From Perkinsela sp. CCAP 1560/9 (Eukaryota; Protista; Euglenozoa: Kinetoplastea), in assembly GCA_965644495.1 (NCBI GenBank), contig CBFFSA010000044.1, positions 5,983-69,982 of the forward strand: a stretch of 64,000 nt of DNA. The letters run 5' to 3'. Position numbers and translations under genes: made by a program. The notes under the pieces are model-generated. The model saw only the letters and a list, made by a program, of their open reading frames with translations, was not told the origin of the DNA and ran no database searches. This document shows positions 34,483 to 45,900 of this stretch, piece after piece (within the stretch, counting starts at the first letter, position 1; each line of letters starts with the position of its first letter).

Positions 34483-34484
<2 letters not shown>
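30150..34484 (-). mobile_element. Family B copy 4, full length, SL 34449-34484 plus extra CCTTGTTG
   Basis: Near-identical to other B copies; tail after CCCCCCT. Confidence 0.93.
30335..34417 (-). CDS. Family B polyprotein (1360 aa)
   Basis: Same protein as 14963-19045. Confidence 0.93.
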   Translation of the reverse strand: MVALTRSVAIRSGQHIETPPLPLCRGHKNRPLKDSLLPNPHDAKTSPTDSPVKISDLPREDSTNPCKHICKNKLTCKHSCCKRDLNTGTEFTRPHATQENLSTKPCHHSCKVKSTCRHQCCKRAHAPARTAQWRRLLTVPITYIQFAYVLVTIVFFILKYTSVIVGNVLALGCTVTWTVACLVGSIILKTRGLLSLRSKDVAAPGHDPPVTLNLCTRKRNCVSPQPAPPTTFSVTLSNPPSFELLIPVSPTDETDSTQETVLCDPHRAVTLAGPATEAVVPPLHSAGDPPLPERRYCPADGCAWSAQSHGGKWQAFYNHVASRHAEGIPLEWWAREGRFLCTVCNKHFVLTKKEAHSIQCYGADPPPTQPSPTTDLPDPAYPSETPEESSLPPTIDPPCFPSLRAVCTTPMTTSKDVPFRCRRQWATVLTATVATAERENTVAAWTRLAMLPKCVLPAPHRRGRKGNSSYASHVRKCLDRWEAHEYSALWKEAVLEHQKKRKQGSGAGTLLDEEKKAIRSELLVRQGEVSRGIAALTSAPMAPDNEETYNKLVTKHPSRLFGPLRQSAPSSNEIISLTVNEDDVRKAIQSFNRGSSGGTMALRAEHIQAALFAGTDTDVHPLESLTKLANHLLAGKAPVEAQQYYAGARLCALQKGQNDVRPIAAGETLRRMVSKAACSVVKSKASTLFQGRQYGVATASGSERVIHLCRQVVESTKNDPEFVLCKVDLRNAFNTVSRAAFISLSEKHFPELTPWINWCYSTDSALTYGSQTVASTEGVQQGDPLGPLLFSMVLREITELIENEVPSGLLLHLWYLDDGVLAGKSDSVRRALDAIACAGPQWGLHLNASKCEIISHPVSSRCTDSFTTIPARMKNHEGNFSILGSPVGSEEFCIEYLREFAIEPAEATLKAIGILEDPQVALTLIRHCAGFCQLVYSLRTTPPKYMVDLCQRLDNAVLRATELILCPLDAPARAQIQRDKRHGGFGLRSSVIHSSAAYVSSAAFAGSQDDWAPSEAKWFSEAVERVNRQAGKTLVDSTTGKIQEALIHKDYNASTNPLNAHHDHSLDAGMNEKLIIPRQKHLCREIGDREFSSAYEAADFNTRARLISQTGRGAASWAFVIPSKERGYSYTPTEFRALSRWWLGADIYPGTRPCPMGRCQQPLGPKGDHAVSCKCGHGIMTRHNALACQFVDFCSKAHLAPQREVSLGNRGPAGAPTRPGDVVLPSIGLGKSLVLDFAVTHVQQPKYADLVRNANGVTAGSFAESYATSHKQVQRRDAETAGHDFAAMVVGSYGSWSDSALAVLKKVGAWRSATSQGTMDRGTATANLIRDLNVTLMRAQARMMVARMAEDDPDPPLLLN

Positions 34485-34522
<38 letters not shown>

Positions 34523-37500
34523 AATTAATAGGGGGGAAGAGTATGAGTTCTAACTTTCTATGAATGTACGGTATCAGTTTTTTTTTTTTTTTTTTCAAAT
34601 TTATCTCTATAAATCAATCTACAACAAATCACTCTATTTGACGAAACCAAACTAAAGAAAAGAAAAAGAAAAGAAAAATGCATCACCCTCTAATTCAGGA
34701 GCAGAGGTGGATCCGGGTCATCTTCTGCCATCCGCGCCACCATCATACGAGCCTGAGCTCGCATTAAAGTGACATTCAAGTCACGGATGAGATTTGCCGT
34801 CGCCGTTCCCCTGTCCATCGTCCCTTGGGACGTAGCAGAGCGCCACGCTCCAACCTTCTTAAGCACAGCGAGGGCGCTGTCGGACCACGAGCCATAGGAG
34901 CCTACGACCATGGCCGCGAAGTCGTGCCCAGCAGTCTCGGCGTCCCGTCGCTGCACCTGCTTATGGCTTGTGGCATAGCTCTCGGCGAATGATCCCGCCG
35001 TCACCCCGTTAGCGTTACGGACGAGGTCCGCGTATTTGGGTTGCTGAACGTGGGTAACGGCGAAATCAAGCACCAGAGACTTGCCTAAGCCAATGCTGGG
35101 CAAAACGACATCACCAGGCCTCGTGGGCGCTCCAGCGGGACCGCGATTGCCAAGACTTACCTCCCGTTGGGGGGCGAGGTGCGCCTTACTGCAGAAATCG
35201 ACAAATTGACACGCCAGCGCGTTGTGGCGCGTCATGATGCCATGTCCACACTTACAGGACACGGCATGGTCGCCTTTTGGTCCCAACGGTTGCTGACACC
35301 TCCCCATAGGACAGGGCCGCGTTCCGGGGTAAATGTCTGCTCCCAACCACCAGCGGGACAAGGCGCGAAACTCAGTAGGAGTGTAAGAGTATCCTCTCTC
35401 CTTGGAGGGAATAACGAATGCCCAACTCGCGGCCCCTCTCCCAGTTTGCGAAATCAAACGTGCGCGTGTGTTGAAGTCTGCTGCCTCATATGCTGAAGAA
35501 AATTCCCGGTCGCCTATCTCGCGACAAAGGTGTTTCTGTCGCGGGATAATCAGCTTTTCATTCATCCCGGCATCTAGGCTGTGATCATGGTGTGCATTGA
35601 GAGGGTTGGTTGATGCGTTATAATCTTTGTGGATTAGTGCCTCCTGTATTTTGCCGGTTGTCGAATCCACCAAAGTCTTTCCCGCCTGGCGGTTAACACG
35701 CTCCACTGCCTCGGAAAACCATTTCGCCTCGGACGGTGCCCAGTCATCTTGAGAACCCGCAAAGGCTGCTGAAGAGACATAAGCTGCAGATGAATGTATA
35801 ACGGAGGATCTTAGGCCAAAACCACCGTGTCTCTTGTCGCGTTGGATTTGTGCTCGTGCCGGGGCGTCTAGAGGACAGAGTATAAGCTCCGTAGCGCGGA
35901 GCACGGCGTTATCAAGCCTCTGACAGAGGTCTACCATGTATTTTGGTGGCGTTGTGCGGAGGGAGTAGACTAATTGGCAAAAGCCAGCGCAGTGGCGAAT
36001 TAGCGTGAGGGCTACCTGTGGGTCTTCTAGTATGCCTATCGCCTTTAGAGTTGCTTCCGCAGGTTCGATCGCAAACTCACGTAGGTATTCAATACAGAAC
36101 TCTTCTGACCCTACTGGGCTACCCAAAATGCTAAAGTTTCCTTCGTGATTTTTCATTCTGGCTGGGATGGTAGTGAATGAGTCCGTGCAACGCGAGGATA
36201 CCGGATGAGATATTATCTCGCATTTACTCGCATTAAGATGGAGCCCCCACTGAGGTCCCGCACATGCTATAGCATCCAACGCCCTCCGTACGCTGTCGGA
36301 TTTTCCGGCTAAAACACCGTCATCGAGATACCAAAGGTGCAAGAGGAGTCCGCTGGGCACTTCATTCTCGATCAGTTCAGTAATCTCTCGCAGAACCATG
36401 GAGAAAAGGAGGGGCCCTAAAGGGTCCCCCTGTTGAACTCCTTCGGTGGAGGCAACTGTTTGAGAACCATATGTGAGTGCGCTATCGGTGGAGTAGCACC
36501 AATTTATCCAAGGAGTCAACTCGGGGAAGTGCTTTTCTGATAGAGATATGAACGCCGCCCTGGAAACCGTATTGAATGCGTTACGAAGGTCCACCTTGCA
36601 TAAGACAAACTCTGGGTCATTCTTTGTGGACTCCACCACTTGGCGGCAGAGGTGGATAACCCTTTCGGAGCCAGATGCCGTTGCCACACCATATTGACGT
36701 CCTTGGAAAAGTGTGCTAGCTTTGGACTTTACAACAGAGCAGGCAGCCTTGCTGACCATGCGGCGCAACGTTTCCCCTGCTGCGATAGGTCTTACATCAT
36801 TTTGCCCTTTCTGCAATGCACACAATCGAGCCCCTGCGTAATATTGTTGTGCTTCAACTGGAGCCTTACCGGCGAGTAGGTGATTGGCAAGCTTTGTGAG
36901 ACTCTCGAGGGGATGAACATCCGTGTCAGTTCCAGCGAATAATGCCGCTTGTATGTGTTCCGCTCGTAGCGCCATGGTTCCACCTGAGGAGCCCCTGTTA
37001 AAGCTTTGGATCGCCTTTCGTACATCATCCTCATTGACAGTCAAGGAAATGATTTCGTTGGAGGACGGTGCGCTTTGGCGTAGTGGACCGAACAGCCGGC
37101 TCGGGTGCTTGGTGACTAGTTTGTTATATGTCTCCTCATTGTCGGGTGCCATTGGCGCCGAAGTGAGTGCAGCTATTCCTCGAGAAACTTCTCCTTGACG
37201 GACCAGTAGTTCGGAGCGAATCGCTTTCTTTTCCTCATCCAGTAGTGTACCTGCTCCGGATCCTTGCTTCCTCTTCTTCTGGTGTTCAAGTACAGCTTCT
37301 TTCCACAGGGCTGAATATTCGTGTGCTTCCCAGCGATCCAGACATTTCCGCACGTGGGAGGCGTACGAGCTATTTCCCTTTCGTCCTCTTCTATGCGGGG
37401 CTGGAAGGACACATTTCGGAAGCATCGCTAGTCGTGTCCATGCAGCGACGGTGTTCTCCCTCTCGGCTGTTGCGACGGTGGCTGTTAGGACCGTAGCCCA

Positions 37501-38420
37501 CTGGCGTCGGCATCGGAAAGGAACGTCTTTGGACGTGGTCATAGGTGTTGTACAGACCGCTCTTAGGCTAGGGAAACATGGTGGGTCTATAGTGGGCGGT
37601 AAGCTAGATTCCTCTGGCGTCTCTGAAGGGTACGCGGGGTCAGGAAGATCTGTTGTTGGTGATGGCTGTGTGGGAGGTGGGTCCGCCCCGTAGCATTGAA
37701 TTGAATGGGCTTCCTTCTTGGTCAACACAAAATGTTTGTTGCACACCGTGCAAAGAAATCTGCCTTCACGTGCCCACCACTCTAGCGGTATGCCTTCGGC
37801 GTGTCGGGAGGCCACATGATTATAAAAAGCTTGCCATTTGCCGCCGTGGGATTGTGCGGACCACGCACATCCGTCTGCCGGACAGTACCGACGTTCCGGG
37901 AGGGGCGGGTCCCCCGCAGAATGAAGAGGTGGCACGACAGCTTCCGTTGCAGGACCAGCTAGAGTCACAGCGCGGTGAGGGTCGCATAGTACGGTCTCCT
38001 GAGTTGAGTCAGTCTCGTCGGTTGGGGATACAGGAATCAATAACTCAAAGCTAGGAGGATTGCTCAAGGTAACAGAGAACGTGGTGGGGGGGGCAGGTTG
38101 CGGTGAGACACAATTTCGTTTACGTGTGCAGAGGTTTAGCGTCACAGGGGGGTCATGACCTGGTGCGGCAACGTCCTTGGAACGAAGTGAAAGCAGACCA
38201 CGCGTTTTCAATATAATGCTCCCGACCAGGCATGCGACTGTCCAAGTCACCGTGCATCCTAGGGCGAGGACGTTCCCTACAATAACGCTAGTGTACTTAA
38301 GTATGAAGAAGACGATCGTCACCAGTACGTATGCAAACTGTATGTATGTGATGGGAACTGTCAATAGGCGCCTCCACTGCGCCGTGCGGGCTGGGGCGTG
38401 TGCACGCTTACAGCACTGGT

Positions 38421-38421
<1 letters not shown>
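34485..38421 (-). mobile_element. Family B copy 5, 5'-truncated (CDS part 34690-38421)
   Basis: Same truncation point as copy 3. Confidence 0.9.
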
Positions 38422-38457
<36 letters not shown>

Positions 38458-41400
38458 GGGGGAAGAGTATGAGTTCTAACTTTCTATGAATGTACGGTAT
38501 CAGTTTTTTTTTTTTTTTTTCAAATTTATCTCTATAAATCAATCTACAACAAATCACTCTATTTGACGAAACCAAACTAAAGAAAAGAAAAAGAAAAGAA
38601 AAATGCATCACCCTCTAATTCAGGAGCAGAGGTGGATCCGGGTCATCTTCTGCCATCCGCGCCACCATCATACGAGCCTGAGCTCGCATTAAAGTGACAT
38701 TCAAGTCACGGATGAGATTTGCCGTCGCCGTTCCCCTGTCCATCGTCCCTTGGGACGTAGCAGAGCGCCACGCTCCAACCTTCTTAAGCACAGCGAGGGC
38801 GCTGTCGGACCACGAGCCATAGGAGCCTACGACCATGGCCGCGAAGTCGTGCCCAGCAGTCTCGGCGTCCCGTCGCTGCACCTGCTTATGGCTTGTGGCA
38901 TAGCTCTCGGCGAATGATCCCGCCGTCACCCCGTTAGCGTTACGGACGAGGTCCGCGTATTTGGGTTGCTGAACGTGGGTAACGGCGAAATCAAGCACCA
39001 GAGACTTGCCTAAGCCAATGCTGGGCAAAACGACATCACCAGGCCTCGTGGGCGCTCCAGCGGGACCGCGATTGCCAAGACTTACCTCCCGTTGGGGGGC
39101 GAGGTGCGCCTTACTGCAGAAATCGACAAATTGACACGCCAGCGCGTTGTGGCGCGTCATGATGCCATGTCCACACTTACAGGACACGGCATGGTCGCCT
39201 TTTGGTCCCAACGGTTGCTGACACCTCCCCATAGGACAGGGCCGCGTTCCGGGGTAAATGTCTGCTCCCAACCACCAGCGGGACAAGGCGCGAAACTCAG
39301 TAGGAGTGTAAGAGTATCCTCTCTCCTTGGAGGGAATAACGAATGCCCAACTCGCGGCCCCTCTCCCAGTTTGCGAAATCAAACGTGCGCGTGTGTTGAA
39401 GTCTGCTGCCTCATATGCTGAAGAAAATTCCCGGTCGCCTATCTCGCGACAAAGGTGTTTCTGTCGCGGGATAATCAGCTTTTCATTCATCCCGGCATCT
39501 AGGCTGTGATCATGGTGTGCATTGAGAGGGTTGGTTGATGCGTTATAATCTTTGTGGATTAGTGCCTCCTGTATTTTGCCGGTTGTCGAATCCACCAAAG
39601 TCTTTCCCGCCTGGCGGTTAACACGCTCCACTGCCTCGGAAAACCATTTCGCCTCGGACGGTGCCCAGTCATCTTGAGAACCCGCAAAGGCTGCTGAAGA
39701 GACATAAGCTGCAGATGAATGTATAACGGAGGATCTTAGGCCAAAACCACCGTGTCTCTTGTCGCGTTGGATTTGTGCTCGTGCCGGGGCGTCTAGAGGA
39801 CAGAGTATAAGCTCCGTAGCGCGGAGCACGGCGTTATCAAGCCTCTGACAGAGGTCTACCATGTATTTTGGTGGCGTTGTGCGGAGGGAGTAGACTAATT
39901 GGCAAAAGCCAGCGCAGTGGCGAATTAGCGTGAGGGCTACCTGTGGGTCTTCTAGTATGCCTATCGCCTTTAGAGTTGCTTCCGCAGGTTCGATCGCAAA
40001 CTCACGTAGGTATTCAATACAGAACTCTTCTGACCCTACTGGGCTACCCAAAATGCTAAAGTTTCCTTCGTGATTTTTCATTCTGGCTGGGATGGTAGTG
40101 AATGAGTCCGTGCAACGCGAGGATACCGGATGAGATATTATCTCGCATTTACTCGCATTAAGATGGAGCCCCCACTGAGGTCCCGCACATGCTATAGCAT
40201 CCAACGCCCTCCGTACGCTGTCGGATTTTCCGGCTAAAACACCGTCATCGAGATACCAAAGGTGCAAGAGGAGTCCGCTGGGCACTTCATTCTCGATCAG
40301 TTCAGTAATCTCTCGCAGAACCATGGAGAAAAGGAGGGGCCCTAAAGGGTCCCCCTGTTGAACTCCTTCGGTGGAGGCAACTGTTTGAGAACCATATGTG
40401 AGTGCGCTATCGGTGGAGTAGCACCAATTTATCCAAGGAGTCAACTCGGGGAAGTGCTTTTCTGATAGAGATATGAACGCCGCCCTGGAAACCGTATTGA
40501 ATGCGTTACGAAGGTCCACCTTGCATAAGACAAACTCTGGGTCATTCTTTGTGGACTCCACCACTTGGCGGCAGAGGTGGATAACCCTTTCGGAGCCAGA
40601 TGCCGTTGCCACACCATATTGACGTCCTTGGAAAAGTGTGCTAGCTTTGGACTTTACAACAGAGCAGGCAGCCTTGCTGACCATGCGGCGCAACGTTTCC
40701 CCTGCTGCGATAGGTCTTACATCATTTTGCCCTTTCTGCAATGCACACAATCGAGCCCCTGCGTAATATTGTTGTGCTTCAACTGGAGCCTTACCGGCGA
40801 GTAGGTGATTGGCAAGCTTTGTGAGACTCTCGAGGGGATGAACATCCGTGTCAGTTCCAGCGAATAATGCCGCTTGTATGTGTTCCGCTCGTAGCGCCAT
40901 GGTTCCACCTGAGGAGCCCCTGTTAAAGCTTTGGATCGCCTTTCGTACATCATCCTCATTGACAGTCAAGGAAATGATTTCGTTGGAGGACGGTGCGCTT
41001 TGGCGTAGTGGACCGAACAGCCGGCTCGGGTGCTTGGTGACTAGTTTGTTATATGTCTCCTCATTGTCGGGTGCCATTGGCGCCGAAGTGAGTGCAGCTA
41101 TTCCTCGAGAAACTTCTCCTTGACGGACCAGTAGTTCGGAGCGAATCGCTTTCTTTTCCTCATCCAGTAGTGTACCTGCTCCGGATCCTTGCTTCCTCTT
41201 CTTCTGGTGTTCAAGTACAGCTTCTTTCCACAGGGCTGAATATTCGTGTGCTTCCCAGCGATCCAGACATTTCCGCACGTGGGAGGCGTACGAGCTATTT
41301 CCCTTTCGTCCTCTTCTATGCGGGGCTGGAAGGACACATTTCGGAAGCATCGCTAGTCGTGTCCATGCAGCGACGGTGTTCTCCCTCTCGGCTGTTGCGA

Positions 41401-42309
41401 CGGTGGCTGTTAGGACCGTAGCCCACTGGCGTCGGCATCGGAAAGGAACGTCTTTGGACGTGGTCATAGGTGTTGTACAGACCGCTCTTAGGCTAGGGAA
41501 ACATGGTGGGTCTATAGTGGGCGGTAAGCTAGATTCCTCTGGCGTCTCTGAAGGGTACGCGGGGTCAGGAAGATCTGTTGTTGGTGATGGCTGTGTGGGA
41601 GGTGGGTCCGCCCCGTAGCATTGAATTGAATGGGCTTCCTTCTTGGTCAACACAAAATGTTTGTTGCACACCGTGCAAAGAAATCTGCCTTCACGTGCCC
41701 ACCACTCTAGCGGTATGCCTTCGGCGTGTCGGGAGGCCACATGATTATAAAAAGCTTGCCATTTGCCGCCGTGGGATTGTGCGGACCACGCACATCCGTC
41801 TGCCGGACAGTACCGACGTTCCGGGAGGGGCGGGTCCCCCGCAGAATGAAGAGGTGGCACGACAGCTTCCGTTGCAGGACCAGCTAGAGTCACAGCGCGG
41901 TGAGGGTCGCATAGTACGGTCTCCTGAGTTGAGTCAGTCTCGTCGGTTGGGGATACAGGAATCAATAACTCAAAGCTAGGAGGATTGCTCAAGGTAACAG
42001 AGAACGTGGTGGGGGGGGCAGGTTGCGGTGAGACACAATTTCGTTTACGTGTGCAGAGGTTTAGCGTCACAGGGGGGTCATGACCTGGTGCGGCAACGTC
42101 CTTGGAACGAAGTGAAAGCAGACCACGCGTTTTCAATATAATGCTCCCGGCCAGGCATGCGACTGTCCAAGTCACCGTGCATCCTAGGGCGAGGACGTTC
42201 CCTACAATAACGCTAGTGTACTTAAGTATGAAGAAGACGATCGTCACCAGTACGTATGCAAACTGTATGTATGTGATGGGAACTGTCAATAGGCGCCTCC
42301 ACTGCGCCG
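38422..42309 (-). mobile_element. Family B copy 6, 5'-truncated (CDS part 38615-42309)
   Basis: Begins at TAQWRR after poly(A); one V>A change. Confidence 0.9.
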
Positions 42310-42894
42310 TTTTTTTTTTTTTTTTTTTTTGCAATTAATAAGGGGGGAGAAGTATGAATCGCGGCATTGCCTCTATATTTTGACCCAGTAGACGAACCAA
42401 GTAGGTCCATTGGGGGGGGTATACGAGTTAAAAACAAGCAATCAAATTAGCAATTCTTTTTGTTTCCACAGATGTACCTTTTGTTTTTTCTCAGCCCAAA
42501 ACTAGCAATTTAATCTCCCCTAAGTATATACTACAAACAAGAAACAGTAAAAACTAAAACAAGCAATACAGACCCAATCCATTCGCGCGTTCCGGACCGG
42601 GTCTTTCGACCACTCCACGGCCTGACTTGTGAACCCTTCCCTTGCTATATGGGAGGGCGCAGGCGCGGGCCTGTGTCGACAGCGACACGGTCGCGAAACA
42701 GGATGCTGGCCGACGGGGAGGAGATTCACTACCCGTGTACTACCTCACTTGGGGTACCTAGCCCTCGCGGGCTAGGCGTGAGTATAGACTCTGTCGACCC
42801 GGCCAGCACCCGTCCTGGATATTATGGCGTCTTCGTGCTGAAACTGGACTGTCAGTAGAGGCTTAAGCCTCTACCAAAGGATCCGCTGGGTCCT
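42310..42894 (-). mobile_element. C1-type 3' fragment (last codons DPADPLVEA*, structured 3'UTR, tail)
   Basis: Highly similar to 12661-13248. Confidence 0.85.
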
Positions 42895-42967
42895 TTGACG
42901 CTAGGCGTGAGCATAGACTCTGTCGACCCGACCAGCACCCGTGGCCTTTTTTTTTTTTTGCAGCCCC

Positions 42968-45900
42968 TTTTTTTTTTTTTTTTTTTTTGCAGATAATAGG
43001 GGGGGAAGAGTACGAGTGCTAACTTTATATATGTATGTACGGTATGACTTTCTCACTTACTTTCCTACTTGCTCAACTTCTTTCCCTCACTTCCCCCCAT
43101 TTTAAAAACGAGCAAAATATATAACTAGCAAATATATGCTTTCCCATCTTACCCACTTCCCCTTACCAATCTTACCAGCTTTCCAGGGAGGGTAAGGTCT
43201 CCCTCGGCTAGGAGGGGCAGACTTTCCCCGAACCATTCGCGCGTTCCGGACCGGGTCTTTCGACCTCTCCCAGCTTGCCTTGGTAACCCTTCTCTTGTTG
43301 TACGAGAGGGCGCAAGCAATGGGCCTGTGCCGACAGCGGCACGGTCGCGGAGCATGATGCTGGCCGACGGGGAGGAACAAAGTTCCCTACCCATGTCCTA
43401 CCTCACTTGGAGTACCTAGCCCTGGCGGACTAGGCGTGAGCATAGACCCTGCCGGCATCGACCAGCATCCGGACCAGCTGTTCGAGTTCCGGCTGAGCGG
43501 CCCATCTTGCACATCCGTCATCGTGCTATTGCTCGATTAAAGGGGGCAAGGGGTCCACAGCCGGCAGGCGCGTAATCATCATGCGTGCCTGGCAACGCAT
43601 CAATGTTACGTTCATGTCGGTCACGAGACGGAGCGTAGAGGCCTCGTCTGTCAAGATACCGTTGGACGCTTTTGCCCTTCGTTCTCCAACCTTCCGGAGA
43701 ACGGCTAAAGCACTGGCACTCCAAGAGCCATAGCTCTCGACCACCATAGCTGTGAAATCGCTTCCGGCATCTTCAGATTCACGGCGTTGTCGGACTTTCT
43801 GCTCTGAGGCATAATGCTCTGCGAAGGACCCCGCGGCCACCCAGCTAGCATTTCGGACTGTGTCCGTGTATTTAGATTGCTGGGCGTGAGTGACCGCGAA
43901 GTCAAGCACGATAGGTTTCCCGAGGAAGAGACTCGGAAGGAAGACGTCCCCGGGCCTAGTCAGAGCGCCTCCGGGGCCCCGGTTCCCGAGGCTTTTTTCC
44001 CGTTGGGGAGCTAGGCGTGCGTTACTGCAAGTATCGGCAAAGTGATCGGCCAAGGCGTTGTGACGGCCGATGATACCGTCCCCGTGCTTGCATGTGAGAG
44101 CGTGATCGCCGTGTATGTCCAATGGGAGTGTGCAGTTCCCCTTGGGACATGTACCTTCTTCCCCGTACACGGGCACACCTAACCACCAGCGGGATAGGAT
44201 GCGGAATTCTGTGGGGTTAAAGGCGTGGCCCGTGTCTCTGGAAGGAGTTACGAACGCCAAACTGCTTGCTCCTTTACCACACTGAGAAGCCCAGCGTGCG
44301 CGAGTCCGGGCGTCGGCGTTTTCATATGCGTGCGAGAACTCTGTGGCAGAGATCGCGTAACTTATGTCTTTTTGGCGGGGGACGCTATTACTTGCCCAGT
44401 CGGGTGGCTGCGCGTCAACGCAATCTTCGGATGCGTAAAGGGGGTTTGTATCGTGTGGAAAGTCTTCGGAATGAGGCAATGCGCGGTCACGAGGAAGGGA
44501 AGGCGGATTTGCGGGTTCAAAGGGATGTCTGGTTTCTCCCTCGCGAGATCTCTTGGTGAAGCGAGCTTTGGGGGAGAGTTCTTCACATTTATGGCGCGGG
44601 ATGGAACGCACGAGTCCGTTTGAGTCGAGTAGACTGATACCAACTTTCGAATTCACGTCTTCAATCGATTGTAGAAAGCCCCCCACTTCTGAAGCATCCC
44701 ATGAGTCCGTGGCCGCCGCGAAAACTACAGAGGAGGCGTAAGCGGAGGATGCGTGCACGGTCGCCGATTTTAAACCGAAACCTCCGTGTCTTTTCAAGCG
44801 CTGAATTTGGGCGCGTGCGGAGGGAGGCAAAGGACATAGAGTGGATTCGACCGCGTGCATTAGGAAGTCGTCGAGCCGCTTGCAGAGGTTCATAACTGAT
44901 TGCGGGGGCGTCGTTCGTAGAGCATGTACCAATTTGCAGAATCCAGCACATTGTCGAATTAGCGCCATGGCTACCTGGGGGTCCCGGATTCTGGTTATGG
45001 CATCAAGGGCCATTTCAGCGGGCTCAACCGCGTGTGTCAGCAGATATTCAGTACAGTACTCAGGGGACCCAATTGGGCTTCCTAGGACACTAAAGTTACC
45101 GCACACGTTTATTTTGGCGTCGGGTATGTCCGGAAATATGGTTACAACGTTAGCCGAGGCAGGGGGGGTGATTATTTCGCACTTGGACATGTTCAGATAT
45201 AGGCCCCATCGCGGACCTACTCTGGCGATTGTATCCAACGAATTCCTGACGTCTTCTGCCCTGCCAATGAGAATCCCGTCGTCTAGGTACCATAGCTGCA
45301 AGTCCAGGTCGGCCTGGTGATAGATTTCTTTTGCAAGTTCCAAGGAGACCAGTGAAAAGAAAAGTGGTCCCAGGGGATCGCCCTGTTGGACGCCTTCATC
45401 CGAAAGGAGTGTGTGGTCACGATAGGTCAAAGCACTAGTTGTCGTATAGCACCAGCTAGCCCAGGGGAACAATTCCGGAAAATGTTCGCCTACAAGTTTC
45501 AAGAAAGTTGCTCTGCTAACGTTGTTGAATGCGTTGCTTAGGTCGACTTTACATAATACCATGTCGGGGTTGTCCGTATGAATTGTCATTGCGTGCCGGC
45601 AAGTGTGAATTATTCGTTCCGAACCGGCCGGTGTCGCGACGCCGAACTGTAGTCCCTTAAAAAATTCCCTGGCTTTGCTCCTCACTGCATTGCAAGCCGC
45701 TTTGCTTACCAATCGACGTATCGTTTCTCCCGCTGCTATGGGGCGGACGTCATTTTCGCCCTTTTCAAGCGCGCAAAGTCTTGCTCCCGCAAAATATGGT
45801 TGTACCTCTAGGGGTGCTTTCCCGGCTAGTAGATGATTCACGAGGTTTTTAAGGGCAGTAAGGGGTTTCACGGTGTTATCTACGTGCGCCAGGAGTACAG

